This document shows, piece after piece, positions 33,689-42,998 of a stretch of 64,000 bases of DNA (positions are counted from its first letter, which is position 1; each line of letters opens with the position of its first letter). The notes beneath the pieces were generated by a model. The model did not search any database. It saw nothing but the letters and a program-made list of their open reading frames with translations, and had not been told where the DNA came from. The translations under genes and the position numbers were made by a program. Origin of the DNA: Candidatus Latescibacterota bacterium (GTDB lineage Bacteria > Krumholzibacteriota > Krumholzibacteriia > WVZY01); assembly GCA_963791045.1 (NCBI GenBank), contig CAWBQK010000009.1, forward strand, positions 224,001-288,000. Reading direction: 5' to 3'.

Positions 33689-33910
33689 TTACAAGTTAAC
33701 CGCAAAACCGACGAGAAAGGTGAACTGGCGGTAGTCGGCCTGCACCTCATCACCCCCCCCAATCACCGCGCCTTCGTCACCCGGATTTAAATCTATCTCC
33801 TGGACAAACGTCTGGCTGCCCCACCCATACCGAAGCCCCAGCATGATCTCGGTTCGCTTGAGCGCAAAATTCGCTCCCCCCGCCGCATGATAGTCTCCCG
33901 CGCCCATGGA
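33689..33910 (-). pseudogene. Probable 3' remnant of an outer-membrane beta-barrel gene
   Basis: Amphipathic strands MLGLRYGWG and YRQFTFLVGFAVNL*, with no signal peptide and no room for a full gene. Confidence 0.4.
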
Positions 33911-34142
33911 AGCTCGTTTGGGAAATTCACCCGCCATTTCGGGCATCCTATCATGAAACAGCACCCGCTTTCAACTTCTCCCTGACACACGAAATCCTCA
34001 TAACTTATCTATTTTTAGAGCGGTTACATCGATACTGCCAATATTTTGTCCCACCCGGTAGTACTCAAAACGCCCAAATAGTGGTATGGTGGTAGAACGC
34101 CCCCAGATTAAATTGGGGCAACTCGAGCGTTGGGAGAGAATT

Positions 34143-36083
34143 ATGTCGAAATCAGATTCAATTAAAGATGAGAAAGCCCGGGCCAAACCGCGCAAAGAGC
34201 CCGGACAACGGTCCACACGGATCGCTGAAGACGTCATAGCCGACGTTCTCTCGGGGGTAAAACCCCGGTTCGTCGTCGACCCGGACAAGTATTTGCAGAT
34301 GCTCTGGGACGCCAATCCACAAATTTATGAGATTCTCAAGGCAGCCGGATCCATCGAAGACGCACGCGACAAAGTATTTACATATCTCGATCATACCGAA
34401 CGGGCCGTTTTCTCGCTGGAAGACCCCTACCACGAGCTCGAGAAAGCGATCGTCCGGGACTGCATCCGGGTGTTCAAGAGCGTCATCGGACCCATCAACG
34501 AAAAACGGACAGAATTCAGCGCGCTGAACTGTCTCTGGAGGCTGGCCAGGGGGGACGCCCAGAATGCACAGTGTGAGATTTCACTCGGTTTCTTGATGGA
34601 ATTCATCAATCTGTTCCGCGGTGTCGCGGGGAACAGCAACGTTTACCTTGAGCAGGAAGAGGTGCGGAAGGGCATTCCCGATTTTCTCCGGCTCGACGGC
34701 CGGGAGGCGGCCCTCTCGCGGTCCGAGACGCTCGACGAGATGGGCGGCACGGTCCGTAAGTATTTCAAACGATACCCATCGGGTCTCGACAAAGAGGTCA
34801 TGGCCTGGCGCCAGCGCAACCGCGAACGGATTCTCAAGTATTTCGACGCATCCGATGACGACTGGAACGACTATCGTTGGCATCTCAAGCATGTCATCCG
34901 AACCGCCGACGTTGTTTTCGATCTGATCCAACTGTCGAGAGTGCGGCGCGACGCGGTGAGAAAAGCGCTCGAGACACGTCTTCCCTTCGGAATCACACCA
35001 TACTATCTCAGTCTCATGGACAGGAACCCGGCGGTAGGGTACGACCATGCCGTCCGCGCCCAGGTTCTCCCACCACCCAACTATGTCGAGCAGGTGTCGA
35101 TGTTCAAAGAGGATCGGAGCATGCACCTCGACTTTATGGGCGAGCACGATACGTCTCCCATCGACCTGGTCACACGACGCTACCCGCTCATCTGTATCCT
35201 TAAACCCTTCAACACCTGCTCGCAGATATGCGTGTACTGCCAGCGGAACTGGGAACTCGACGAGGTCCTCTCCCCCGATGCACAAGCCGGGTGGGAAGAA
35301 ATTGAGAAAGCAATAGAGTGGATCGCCGGACAAAAAGCAATTGGTGACGTACTGGTGACGGGGGGCGATCCCGGTATAATGAACAACACCATGGTCGAAA
35401 AGATCCTCGAGCGGCTCTCCGCAATCGATCACGTGTACCGTATCCGTTTCGGGACTCGGACACCGGTGGTGCTGCCAATGCGGTTCGACGACGAGTTCTG
35501 CGACCTGCTCGCCCGATACCACGAACCGGGCAGACGAGAGATTGCCCTCATTACACATTTCGAACACAGTTATGAAATCACACCCGAGGCCCGCGATGCA
35601 GTCCAACGCATTCGCCGCCGCACGATCGGTGTTTACAACCAGTGCGTATTCACGGTCGAGAACTCGCGGCGTTTCGAGCTCGCCAAGCTGCGCCGCGACC
35701 TCCGCCGGATCGGCGTCGACCCGTATTACACCTTCAATATGAAGGGAAAGAGGGAGACCGGCGACTACATGGTGCCGATCGCCCGGCTCCTCCAGGAACG
35801 CAAGGAAGAGGCACGGCTTTTACCCGGTCTCGACCGCACCGATGAACCGGTATTCAATGTGCCGCGAATGGGCAAGAACCACCTGCGTGCGATGCAGGAT
35901 CACCGGATCGTTATGATTCTCGCGGACGGCTCCCGAGTGTACGAGTTCCATCCGTGGGAGAAGAACATCACACCAATGCCACCGTACAACTACGTCGATG
36001 TTCCAATATACGAGTACCTCGAAGAGCTCGCTGCCCGCGGAGAGAAGATCCGCGATTACCGGACGATCTGGTACTACTACTAA
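34143..36083 (+). CDS. KamA-family (lysine 2,3-aminomutase-like) radical SAM protein with long N-terminal extension
   Basis: WNDYRWHL, ITPYYLSL, RRYP, CSQICVYCQR, VLVTGGDP, RFGTRTPVVLP. Confidence 0.85.
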   Translation: MSKSDSIKDEKARAKPRKEPGQRSTRIAEDVIADVLSGVKPRFVVDPDKYLQMLWDANPQIYEILKAAGSIEDARDKVFTYLDHTERAVFSLEDPYHELEKAIVRDCIRVFKSVIGPINEKRTEFSALNCLWRLARGDAQNAQCEISLGFLMEFINLFRGVAGNSNVYLEQEEVRKGIPDFLRLDGREAALSRSETLDEMGGTVRKYFKRYPSGLDKEVMAWRQRNRERILKYFDASDDDWNDYRWHLKHVIRTADVVFDLIQLSRVRRDAVRKALETRLPFGITPYYLSLMDRNPAVGYDHAVRAQVLPPPNYVEQVSMFKEDRSMHLDFMGEHDTSPIDLVTRRYPLICILKPFNTCSQICVYCQRNWELDEVLSPDAQAGWEEIEKAIEWIAGQKAIGDVLVTGGDPGIMNNTMVEKILERLSAIDHVYRIRFGTRTPVVLPMRFDDEFCDLLARYHEPGRREIALITHFEHSYEITPEARDAVQRIRRRTIGVYNQCVFTVENSRRFELAKLRRDLRRIGVDPYYTFNMKGKRETGDYMVPIARLLQERKEEARLLPGLDRTDEPVFNVPRMGKNHLRAMQDHRIVMILADGSRVYEFHPWEKNITPMPPYNYVDVPIYEYLEELAARGEKIRDYRTIWYYY

Positions 36084-36106
36084 AAAATTCCGTTCCGCAC
36101 AGAATT

Positions 36107-36147
36107 AAAAAACCGAAGGGCCGTGTCTCGCGACACGGCCCATTCGG
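36107..36147 (-). terminator. Intrinsic terminator, possibly bidirectional
   Basis: CCGAAGGGCCGTGTC/GACACGGCCCATTCGG stem preceded by A6. Confidence 0.7.
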
Positions 36148-36255
36148 CTCCAGTGAGGACATTCACAAAGTTGTGCCGCCGAAGAAGGTCAGGCTCTATC
36201 AATAGGCGGCCCTTTTCACTGTGATGCGACCCCACGGATATGTCGTTCCCGGCAA

Positions 36256-37308
36256 TCAGCCGTTGCCCTGACCGCCATCGCCGGTACCTCCACCCTTGCC
36301 TTTGTCATGATCTCCATTGCCCTGTCCGCCCGGTCCTCCGCCCGTCCCATTATCCATCGGGTTGTGGCCGCCGCGTCCGTCATGCTGGTCGGCGGGACCC
36401 ATCCAGCCGTGCTGCCACATATTCTGCATCATCTCTCCCAGTTGTTGCTGGTTGCGGATGCCACGCTCGAGTTCGTCGCATACGTCGTCGTTCTGGCCGC
36501 CGTGCATGTGCGCCGTCATTACCATCCAGCCGAGCTGGCGCATCTCGCGAGAGGTATAGCCGTTCTGGAGCGCGTCGCCGGAGAGGTTGACGGCCCGTTT
36601 GCGCTCGACACCCATCTCTTTGAGTTTAGCGGCGGTTTCGGATGCCGCGACCAGGTCTTCTGTCGTACACGATCCGTCGCGGAGACGGCGTCTCGCACGT
36701 TCACGCAGCTGATCTATATCGCCCTCTTCGAGACCGTGCCACATGTGCATCGCCATTTCGCCTGTCCGCCGGCGTTCGACGTCCGCGTCACCGGGAACCA
36801 CACCGTCTTCCCTCGCCCGTTCCATCACCCGGTTGGCGGTGCGAACATGAGCCTCCATCTTGTCACAAACCTGGTTCAACACTTCTTCGTTTGCACCCTT
36901 GCGCCGGCCTTCCCGGAGCTTTTGCATAAGCGGGTCGACGGGCAGCCCATCATGCGCCATCGCAAGCACCCGTTCTTGCGTGCGGATCTGTTTCTTCAAA
37001 GGCTGCGATTCGTCGAAGAGCGCGGCGACATCCTCGTCACTCAGGCCAAGATCGCCGCAATCGCCCAGATGTTTGCGCAGCTGTTCGCGCTCCTGGGTCT
37101 GGAGTCCGTCTTCGTTCTGGATGCGATCGCGAATCTGCTGACGAAGCATATCGCCCTGCGGATCCGAGTCCATATCCCGCACCTGTTCGCGCGTCCGCGT
37201 CTGCGCCGGATCGTCGTCCTGCGCAAAGGCAGTGGCTACCGTCATCCCGGTGAGCATGAGTGTCACCAGAACAACCATCGCTGCCACGGACAAACATTTC
37301 CCTGTCAT
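36256..37308 (-). CDS. Secreted helical hypothetical protein with Gly-rich tail
   Basis: GAGGA ribosome-binding site, signal peptide ending AFA, RLRDGSC motif, Gly-rich C-terminus; preceded by an ECF-type promoter. Confidence 0.75.
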   Translation of the reverse strand: MTGKCLSVAAMVVLVTLMLTGMTVATAFAQDDDPAQTRTREQVRDMDSDPQGDMLRQQIRDRIQNEDGLQTQEREQLRKHLGDCGDLGLSDEDVAALFDESQPLKKQIRTQERVLAMAHDGLPVDPLMQKLREGRRKGANEEVLNQVCDKMEAHVRTANRVMERAREDGVVPGDADVERRRTGEMAMHMWHGLEEGDIDQLRERARRRLRDGSCTTEDLVAASETAAKLKEMGVERKRAVNLSGDALQNGYTSREMRQLGWMVMTAHMHGGQNDDVCDELERGIRNQQQLGEMMQNMWQHGWMGPADQHDGRGGHNPMDNGTGGGPGGQGNGDHDKGKGGGTGDGGQGNG

Positions 37309-37374
37309 GATGTAATCCTCCGTTGGTATGGGCCTGTGGTGGCCTGACGCACAGGCTCTCTCCTCACCTTTTTA

Positions 37375-37400
37375 GACGACCGAAGGGGGTGAGGGTTACA
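37375..37400 (-). promoter_or_regulatory. Putative ECF promoter TGTAAC-N16-CGTC
   Basis: Minus strand TGTAAC cctcacccccttcggt CGTC taa. Confidence 0.65.
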
Positions 37401-38700
37401 GTCCGGGGGGCAAAACCTCAAGAATTCCGTTCCGCCCACCAAATCCATCATTTACAATGAGTTTCGCCTCTGGAGGCGTGGTCCATTCGCCGTCAATAAT
37501 GTAGATATATTCGTATGTTCCCGGCGAGATTACGAGCCGCGCCTCCCACCAACCATCTGCGGCTCTCGAGAGCGCCGTTCCCGTGGAATTCCACTGGTTG
37601 AAGCTCCCCGCGACCGACACCGATTTCGCTCCTGGGGCCTTTATCCGGAAAACAACTCGATCATCAGGACCGGGCTGCTGAACCGAACCGGCGCTGTCCC
37701 GGGTCAGTGTCGCGATGTCCACTCGCGGCGGCGGCGCCGTTTTTGGGCGCCCCCACGCATACTGAAATCCTATGGCCATGCGATGGGTGTCCTCGTCGCT
37801 CCCATCCGTCCACGTATAGTTCGAGAACCCGTAGCGAACCAGGGCCGTCCACCCAGGGAGCATGTTGTATCGGAGTCCGATGCCCGCCGAGAGGTAGTCA
37901 TCTCGGTTCTCTCCCGTTGGCTGGTTGACAAACTCCCGTTCCTGGTATGTGCCTGAAACCGTCAAGAAAAGTGTCGAAACGATGCGCGTGTCGATGCTTC
38001 CCCCGAGTGTCCAGGAGTTCGAATTCGAATATGGATCGTTGGCCTCGGTACCCTGGAGAATACCATCCAATCGAACGCCCACCCGTTCGATCGGCGCCGT
38101 CCGTATAATGAGTCCGCCACTCCACCCAACCTCTTCGTACGACCCGGTCGTGTTGTGAGTAGTGGTGACTTCGAGGTTCGGGTAACTCCTGCCGCGAACA
38201 CCACCCCACAGTTCGGTGTTCCATTTTCGTCTGACCAGTCCGATGCCGAGTTCTCCACCGAGCCCAAGCCGGCGGATGGCGCTCCGCTCCGAGTCGTCGA
38301 AGTAGTCAAAGGAAGCAGAAAAGCGGCCTCGGAAACCCTTTCCAAAATTCTGGAGGAGATTTCCCCATACCGTTTGACCGTACAAAAAGCGGGATTCACT
38401 GTTGAAGTAGCGTTGGAGCGAGACAAATGTTCCGAAGTCGAGCAGCCCGCCGTTGCCGACAAATCCGCGGGCGGCGATGGCCGGCGTCAGTTCAATAAAC
38501 GCTCCACCGGGAACGATCGTCCGTGTTAACCCGGGATCGATCACCAGATCCGACTCGTCGCCGCCGGTGAAGCGCACCTCGGGGTTCACCCGCCACTGCG
38601 ACACCGCCGGCGTAACCGCCGCACACACGAAAACCGCTCCCACAAACAACAAGAGAGCGATTTTCAAAAGGTTGACTCGGACGGTCAAAATATTGACCAA
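37396..38700 (-). CDS. Outer-membrane beta-barrel-like protein with C-terminal glycogen-binding (CBM48/AMPK-beta-like) domain
   Basis: Signal peptide, alternating beta-strand pattern, then APGAKSVSVAGSFNQW...PGTYEYIYIIDGEW...DGFGGRNG; start approximate. Confidence 0.75.
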   Translation of the reverse strand: MVNILTVRVNLLKIALLLFVGAVFVCAAVTPAVSQWRVNPEVRFTGGDESDLVIDPGLTRTIVPGGAFIELTPAIAARGFVGNGGLLDFGTFVSLQRYFNSESRFLYGQTVWGNLLQNFGKGFRGRFSASFDYFDDSERSAIRRLGLGGELGIGLVRRKWNTELWGGVRGRSYPNLEVTTTHNTTGSYEEVGWSGGLIIRTAPIERVGVRLDGILQGTEANDPYSNSNSWTLGGSIDTRIVSTLFLTVSGTYQEREFVNQPTGENRDDYLSAGIGLRYNMLPGWTALVRYGFSNYTWTDGSDEDTHRMAIGFQYAWGRPKTAPPPRVDIATLTRDSAGSVQQPGPDDRVVFRIKAPGAKSVSVAGSFNQWNSTGTALSRAADGWWEARLVISPGTYEYIYIIDGEWTTPPEAKLIVNDGFGGRNGILEVLPPGL

Positions 38701-38701
38701 C

Positions 38702-39412
38702 TCACAGCTCCACATCAATAACGGCGTTCGTACCGCCAAACCCATCGTCACGTGTTTGAACGGCAAGCGGGTCGGTGACCCAGCGCTCACCGTCCTCGAT
38801 AAACATGTACTCGTAACTTCCCGGCGGGAGAACGAGGATCGTACTCCACGCGCCGCCCTGCTTCACCAGCGGTGTGACGTCCGGATTCCAGTTGTTAAAA
38901 TTCCCCACCACCGTCACCCGCTTCACATCGGAAGATGACGAAACGTAGGCAAACCGGACATATTGATAACCGTCATCCGACGCGCCCGCCTGGCTTACGA
39001 ATGTCGGTGACGCGTCTTCCATGACAACTTCCATCGACTGAGATGCGTCCTCCTGTGTGAGCGGCCCGATGTCGCGGTTGATTCCCGCCCACCATCCTCC
39101 GACGTAGGCAACAATGGCGACGGCGGCGGCCGCGGCGAGTCCGATCCATCGTGTATTTCGGTCAGCTCGTTTTTGGCGGATGATTACCGGGCGTTCATCG
39201 TCGGCGGCGACACTCTTCATCACCCGTTCGGTGAAGCCTTTCGGCGCGCCAGGTGTTGGAAGGGTCTTGCCGAGCACGAGCAGTTGTTCGTATGCGCGGA
39301 GGTCCTTCGCCAGTGCGGGATCTTCCCCGACCCTGTCGAGAAACTCGCGTGCTTCGCGCTCATCGAGGTCACCATCAAAATAACGTGCCAGCAGGGCGTC
39401 CATCGTTCTCAC
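38702..39412 (-). CDS. Anti-sigma factor with TM helix and extracytoplasmic glycogen-binding-like domain
   Basis: LLARYFDGDLDERE anti-sigma-type N-terminus, TM WIGLAAAAAVAIVAYVGGWW, VTVVGNFNNW...PPGSYEYMF...DDGFGGTNA. Confidence 0.8.
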   Translation of the reverse strand: MRTMDALLARYFDGDLDEREAREFLDRVGEDPALAKDLRAYEQLLVLGKTLPTPGAPKGFTERVMKSVAADDERPVIIRQKRADRNTRWIGLAAAAAVAIVAYVGGWWAGINRDIGPLTQEDASQSMEVVMEDASPTFVSQAGASDDGYQYVRFAYVSSSSDVKRVTVVGNFNNWNPDVTPLVKQGGAWSTILVLPPGSYEYMFIEDGERWVTDPLAVQTRDDGFGGTNAVIDVEL

Positions 39413-39418
39413 CTTTCC

Positions 39419-40051
39419 TCATTCCACGATGTCTTCGGGTGTCATCCGCGTTGCATCGGGAAAAAGCTTATCTTTTAAAATAGCGCGGGCGCGGTGCGCC
39501 CTCACTTTGAGCGAACCAACCGTGTCGCCGGTAATCTTACTGATTTCGTCGTATGGAATATTCTGTATATGGTGAAGGACGAACACTTCGCGGTACCCGG
39601 GGGGGAGTTCCTGGAGCGCGGTTTCGAGTTGCTTTCGCATCTCGCGCTCGCTGATCTCGGCAAGGGGATCGTACTGCGGACGCCTGTCCTCGAGTACCGC
39701 CGTATCCGTGTCCTGTTCCAGCAACGCGTCTAGCGACACCACATTGGACCGCTTGCGCGCCCGGATGTGATCCCGGGCGAGATTGACGGCGATCTGGATG
39801 AGCCAGGTACCAAATTGCGACTGGCCCCTGAAGCCGTCGAGCCCCCGGTAGGCGCGGACAAACGCCTCGTGCGCGAGTTCTTCGGCGACCTGGCCATCAG
39901 CCATCAGCCGAAGAAGAACGCCGTACACACGATCCTTGTGACGGTTGACCAGGGTCGCAAATGCTTCCCTGTCACCGGCTTGAACTGCCTTGACTGTTGT
40001 CTGGTCGTTATTGGTCATAATCCGATCGCCATCTTGAAAGATAGGGTCCAT
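39419..40051 (-). CDS. ECF RNA polymerase sigma factor
   Basis: GDREAFATLV, AEELAHEAFVRAY, FGTWLIQIAVN, LPPGYREVFVL, GSLKVRAHRAR; start at 40051 or 40018. Confidence 0.9.
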   Translation of the reverse strand: MDPIFQDGDRIMTNNDQTTVKAVQAGDREAFATLVNRHKDRVYGVLLRLMADGQVAEELAHEAFVRAYRGLDGFRGQSQFGTWLIQIAVNLARDHIRARKRSNVVSLDALLEQDTDTAVLEDRRPQYDPLAEISEREMRKQLETALQELPPGYREVFVLHHIQNIPYDEISKITGDTVGSLKVRAHRARAILKDKLFPDATRMTPEDIVE

Positions 40052-40058
40052 CAGGTTG

Positions 40059-40084
40059 GACGACCAGAAGCATACAGGGTTACA
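40059..40084 (-). promoter_or_regulatory. Putative autoregulatory ECF promoter TGTAAC-N16-CGTC
   Basis: Minus strand TGTAAC cctgtatgcttctggt CGTC caacctg ATG. Confidence 0.65.
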
Positions 40085-40820
40085 ACACTTTTTCTCGACT
40101 ATTTTCTGGTGCGTCCGGTTGGGGGCCGCCCGACGCCGAACCGTTCTTGACCTGGAACTCGAGCTGCTCGACTTTGTCGAGAAGCACCTCGAGCACACGG
40201 ACATCGTGATCGCCTTTACTCTCGCTGAGATTGACGTCCATTTTACGCGGCGCGCCATCGCGCTTGCGGTCGAGGACACGGCCGACAAGTCCAACCACGG
40301 TGGCGCCGGCAGGAACGTCCTTCACGACAATCGCGCCCGCGCCGATGCGCGCATCATCGTCAACGGTGACCGCACCGAGCACTTTGGCGCCGGCACCGAC
40401 CACGACGCCATTGCCAAGCGTCGGATGCCGCTTCTTTTTCTCGAGACTCGTTCCCCCCAATGTGACCGCCTGGTACAACGTAACATCGTTGCCGATCTCC
40501 GTGGTCTCGCCAATAACCACACCCATGCCATGATCGATAAAGAAACGTCTGCCGATCGTGGCGCCCGGGTGGATCTCGATCCCGGTGAGCGCGCGATTGA
40601 CATGGCTCAGCAGCCGGGCAAGGAGCCGTATGTTCGACGTCCACAATCGGTGCGCGATCCGGTGCATGACGATCGCGTGGAGGCCCGGATAGCAGAGAAT
40701 GACTTCGAGAACGCTTCGCGCCGCGGGATCCCGCCGGAAAATCGTCCGTATGTCTTCCGCGATTCTCGCGAACGGACCGGAGCGCCCGGCGGTCTGTGTG
40801 GTGTCGTGTACGTGTTCCAT
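40080..40820 (-). CDS. cysE: Serine O-acetyltransferase
   Basis: [40 protein letters not shown] hexapeptide repeats. Confidence 0.95.
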   Translation of the reverse strand: MEHVHDTTQTAGRSGPFARIAEDIRTIFRRDPAARSVLEVILCYPGLHAIVMHRIAHRLWTSNIRLLARLLSHVNRALTGIEIHPGATIGRRFFIDHGMGVVIGETTEIGNDVTLYQAVTLGGTSLEKKKRHPTLGNGVVVGAGAKVLGAVTVDDDARIGAGAIVVKDVPAGATVVGLVGRVLDRKRDGAPRKMDVNLSESKGDHDVRVLEVLLDKVEQLEFQVKNGSASGGPQPDAPENSREKVL

Positions 40821-40837
40821 TGTAGTCTCCTCTGACC

Positions 40838-41800
40838 CTATGATGTTTGTGCGGCGGTTTTCTGGTCTTCTTCGAACTGAAAAAGCGGTGTCGACAGATA
40901 CCGCTCACCGGTGTCGCAGAGTATGGTCACAATTAGCTTGCCCGCGTTTTCGGGGCGCTTCGCCACCTCGACGGCGGCGTGAACATTGGCTCCCGCCGAA
41001 ATGCCCGCGAGGATTCCCTCGGAGCGTGCGAGCTCGCGCGCCATTGCGAACGCTTGTTCGTTGGTAACCTGCACTATTTCATTAATGATTTCAGTGTTGA
41101 GCACGCCGGGGATAAATCCCGCTCCGATCCCCTGGATCTTGTGCGGTCCGGGCGCGCCACCCGAGATGACCGGTGAATCGACTGGTTCTACGGCGATGGC
41201 CTGAAACGCTGGGTTGCGCTCGCGGATAACTTCGGTCACTCCGGTAATGGTCCCGCCGGTGCCGACTCCAGCGACGAAAATATCGACCTTGCCGTCGGTG
41301 TCTATCCAGATTTCCTCGGCCGTCGTGCGTCTGTGTACTTCGGGGTTCGCCGGATTCTCGAACTGCTGGAGGATCACGGCGCCGGGGGTTCGTTCGGCGA
41401 TAACGCCGGCTTCGGCGATGGCGCCCTTCATCCCATCAGCCCCGGGTGTGAGGATCAACTCGGCGCCAAGCGCGCGCAGCATGTTGCGCCGTTCGACACT
41501 CATGGTGTCGGGCATCGTGAGAATCAACCGGTAACCCTTGGCGGCGGCGACAAACGCGAGCGCGATTCCCGTGTTGCCGCTGGTCGGTTCGACGAGCACC
41601 GTCTCGCCGGGACGGATGCGGCCGTCGCGCTCGGCGGTCTCGACCATGCTGACGCCGATCCGGTCCTTAACGCTCGAAAGAGGGTTGCAGAATTCGGCCT
41701 TCCCGAGGACACGACCGCCGCCCTTTGGCGAGAGACGCCCCAGTTCGATAAGCGGCGTTCGCCCGATAGCCTGTGTGATGTCAGAGAAAATCCGTCCCAT
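40838..41800 (-). CDS. cysK: Cysteine synthase A
   Basis: [17 protein letters not shown] (PLP Lys), [32 protein letters not shown]. Confidence 0.96.
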   Translation of the reverse strand: MGRIFSDITQAIGRTPLIELGRLSPKGGGRVLGKAEFCNPLSSVKDRIGVSMVETAERDGRIRPGETVLVEPTSGNTGIALAFVAAAKGYRLILTMPDTMSVERRNMLRALGAELILTPGADGMKGAIAEAGVIAERTPGAVILQQFENPANPEVHRRTTAEEIWIDTDGKVDIFVAGVGTGGTITGVTEVIRERNPAFQAIAVEPVDSPVISGGAPGPHKIQGIGAGFIPGVLNTEIINEIVQVTNEQAFAMARELARSEGILAGISAGANVHAAVEVAKRPENAGKLIVTILCDTGERYLSTPLFQFEEDQKTAAQTS

Positions 41801-41841
41801 TTTGTTGATTCCTTTCGAGTGTCGTTCGACGAGTCTGTGGC

Positions 41842-41871
41842 AAAAAAAAACCCGCGGCAAGGCCGCGGGTT
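41842..41871 (-). terminator. Attenuator terminator in the cysK leader
   Basis: Minus strand AACCCGCGGC-CTT-GCCGCGGG followed by T9, about 40 nt upstream of the cysK ATG. Confidence 0.88.
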
Positions 41872-41900
41872 GGTATTCGTTCGAATGATATTAAAGTACT

Positions 41901-41984
41901 CTATTCGATAATAAATACACCCCGGCCCATGGCGCTTCTACAAGCGCAACAACAGCAGCAGAATTCTTGGGTTCGGGACGTCAA
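41901..41984 (-). CDS. Putative Cys-rich leader peptide, 27 aa: MTSRTQEFCCCCCACRSAMGRGVFIIE
   Basis: TTG start after AAAAGG; TGC TGC TGT TGT TGC GCT TGT; lies between a sigma70 promoter and the terminator. Confidence 0.8.
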   Translation of the reverse strand: MTSRTQEFCCCCCACRSAMGRGVFIIE

Positions 41985-42015
41985 ATTATCGCCTTTTTCG
42001 ATAGATGTTTGATTA

Positions 42016-42044
42016 AGTATATAGGTATCGGAAGGCATTGTCAA
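42016..42044 (-). promoter_or_regulatory. Sigma70 promoter for leader-cysK-cysE
   Basis: TTGACA-N17-TATACT on the minus strand. Confidence 0.85.
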
Positions 42045-42078
42045 GCCGCCTGGGGCGATTTGCCATGTGAATCGGTTA

Positions 42079-42981
42079 TCAAGCGTTCGTCGGCAGCGGC
42101 TTCTGACGGCGCCGCTCGTGGAACACACCCATCACACCCAGAACGATGAGCACCGATCCGCCGATCGTCCACCGCGTGATCGGTTCGTCGAGGAGCACGC
42201 GGCCAAGCAACACCGCGACGACAGGATTCACATAGGCGTACGTCATCACGATGTTGGTGGGCAGGAGACGGAGCGCTTTTACAAATGATGTGAAAGCAAA
42301 AACCGACCCAAAGATGACGAGATACCCCCACGCAACCCATGCTTCCGGAATCGGTGTCGGTGCCGGTTCGTTTACAAGGAGCGCCACCGTAAATAGTCCG
42401 ATCCCCCCGAACATATGCTGATATCCTGAACTCACTTCGGGTCCGAGCGAGAGCGCCTTTCGTTTCTGGAAAATCGCGCCCATCCCCCAAAAAACCACGG
42501 CGGCGATTATCGCAATGGCGGCAAAAATATCCAGGATGTTGCCGGCAAGAATCACGGGGCCGTTCAACACGCCGACACCGACAAGACCGACAAGGAGTGC
42601 GCCGAGGAGACGAAGCGACGGAGGTCGCCTGTCGACAATCGCTTCCATAATGGTCACCCAGATGGGAAGCGCACCGACGAGAAGCGCCGCGTAGCCCGAA
42701 TCCGCCCGTCGTTCCGCCCACGACACCAGACCGTTCCCTCCCACCCACAGAAGAACCCCCGATACGGCGAGCACGCCGAGTTCACGCTTGCCAACCTTGA
42801 GGTTTTCTTTGGAGAGTTTCGCCCATGCAAAAAGAATGATGCACGCGGCAAAGACACGCATCCCCGCCATCGTAAACGCGGGAAACCCGGAGCCGTCGCG
42901 TACCGCGACACGAATCGCGAGGTACGTGCTTCCCCACACGATGTAGACAACGATGAGATGAAATATTCCACGGAGGTTCAC
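42079..42981 (-). CDS. EamA/DMT family transporter
   Basis: VYIVWGSTYLAIR, YLVIFGS, YAYVNPVVAVLLG; about 10 TM helices. Confidence 0.9.
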   Translation of the reverse strand: MNLRGIFHLIVVYIVWGSTYLAIRVAVRDGSGFPAFTMAGMRVFAACIILFAWAKLSKENLKVGKRELGVLAVSGVLLWVGGNGLVSWAERRADSGYAALLVGALPIWVTIMEAIVDRRPPSLRLLGALLVGLVGVGVLNGPVILAGNILDIFAAIAIIAAVVFWGMGAIFQKRKALSLGPEVSSGYQHMFGGIGLFTVALLVNEPAPTPIPEAWVAWGYLVIFGSVFAFTSFVKALRLLPTNIVMTYAYVNPVVAVLLGRVLLDEPITRWTIGGSVLIVLGVMGVFHERRRQKPLPTNA

Positions 42982-42998
42982 GCGGTGGAGCCTAGTCG

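Noticed and set aside
41901-42128. 75-aa version of the Cys-rich ORF
   Set aside because: Its upstream starts lie within or before the promoter and overlap the EamA gene; only the TTG at 41984 would be on the predicted transcript.
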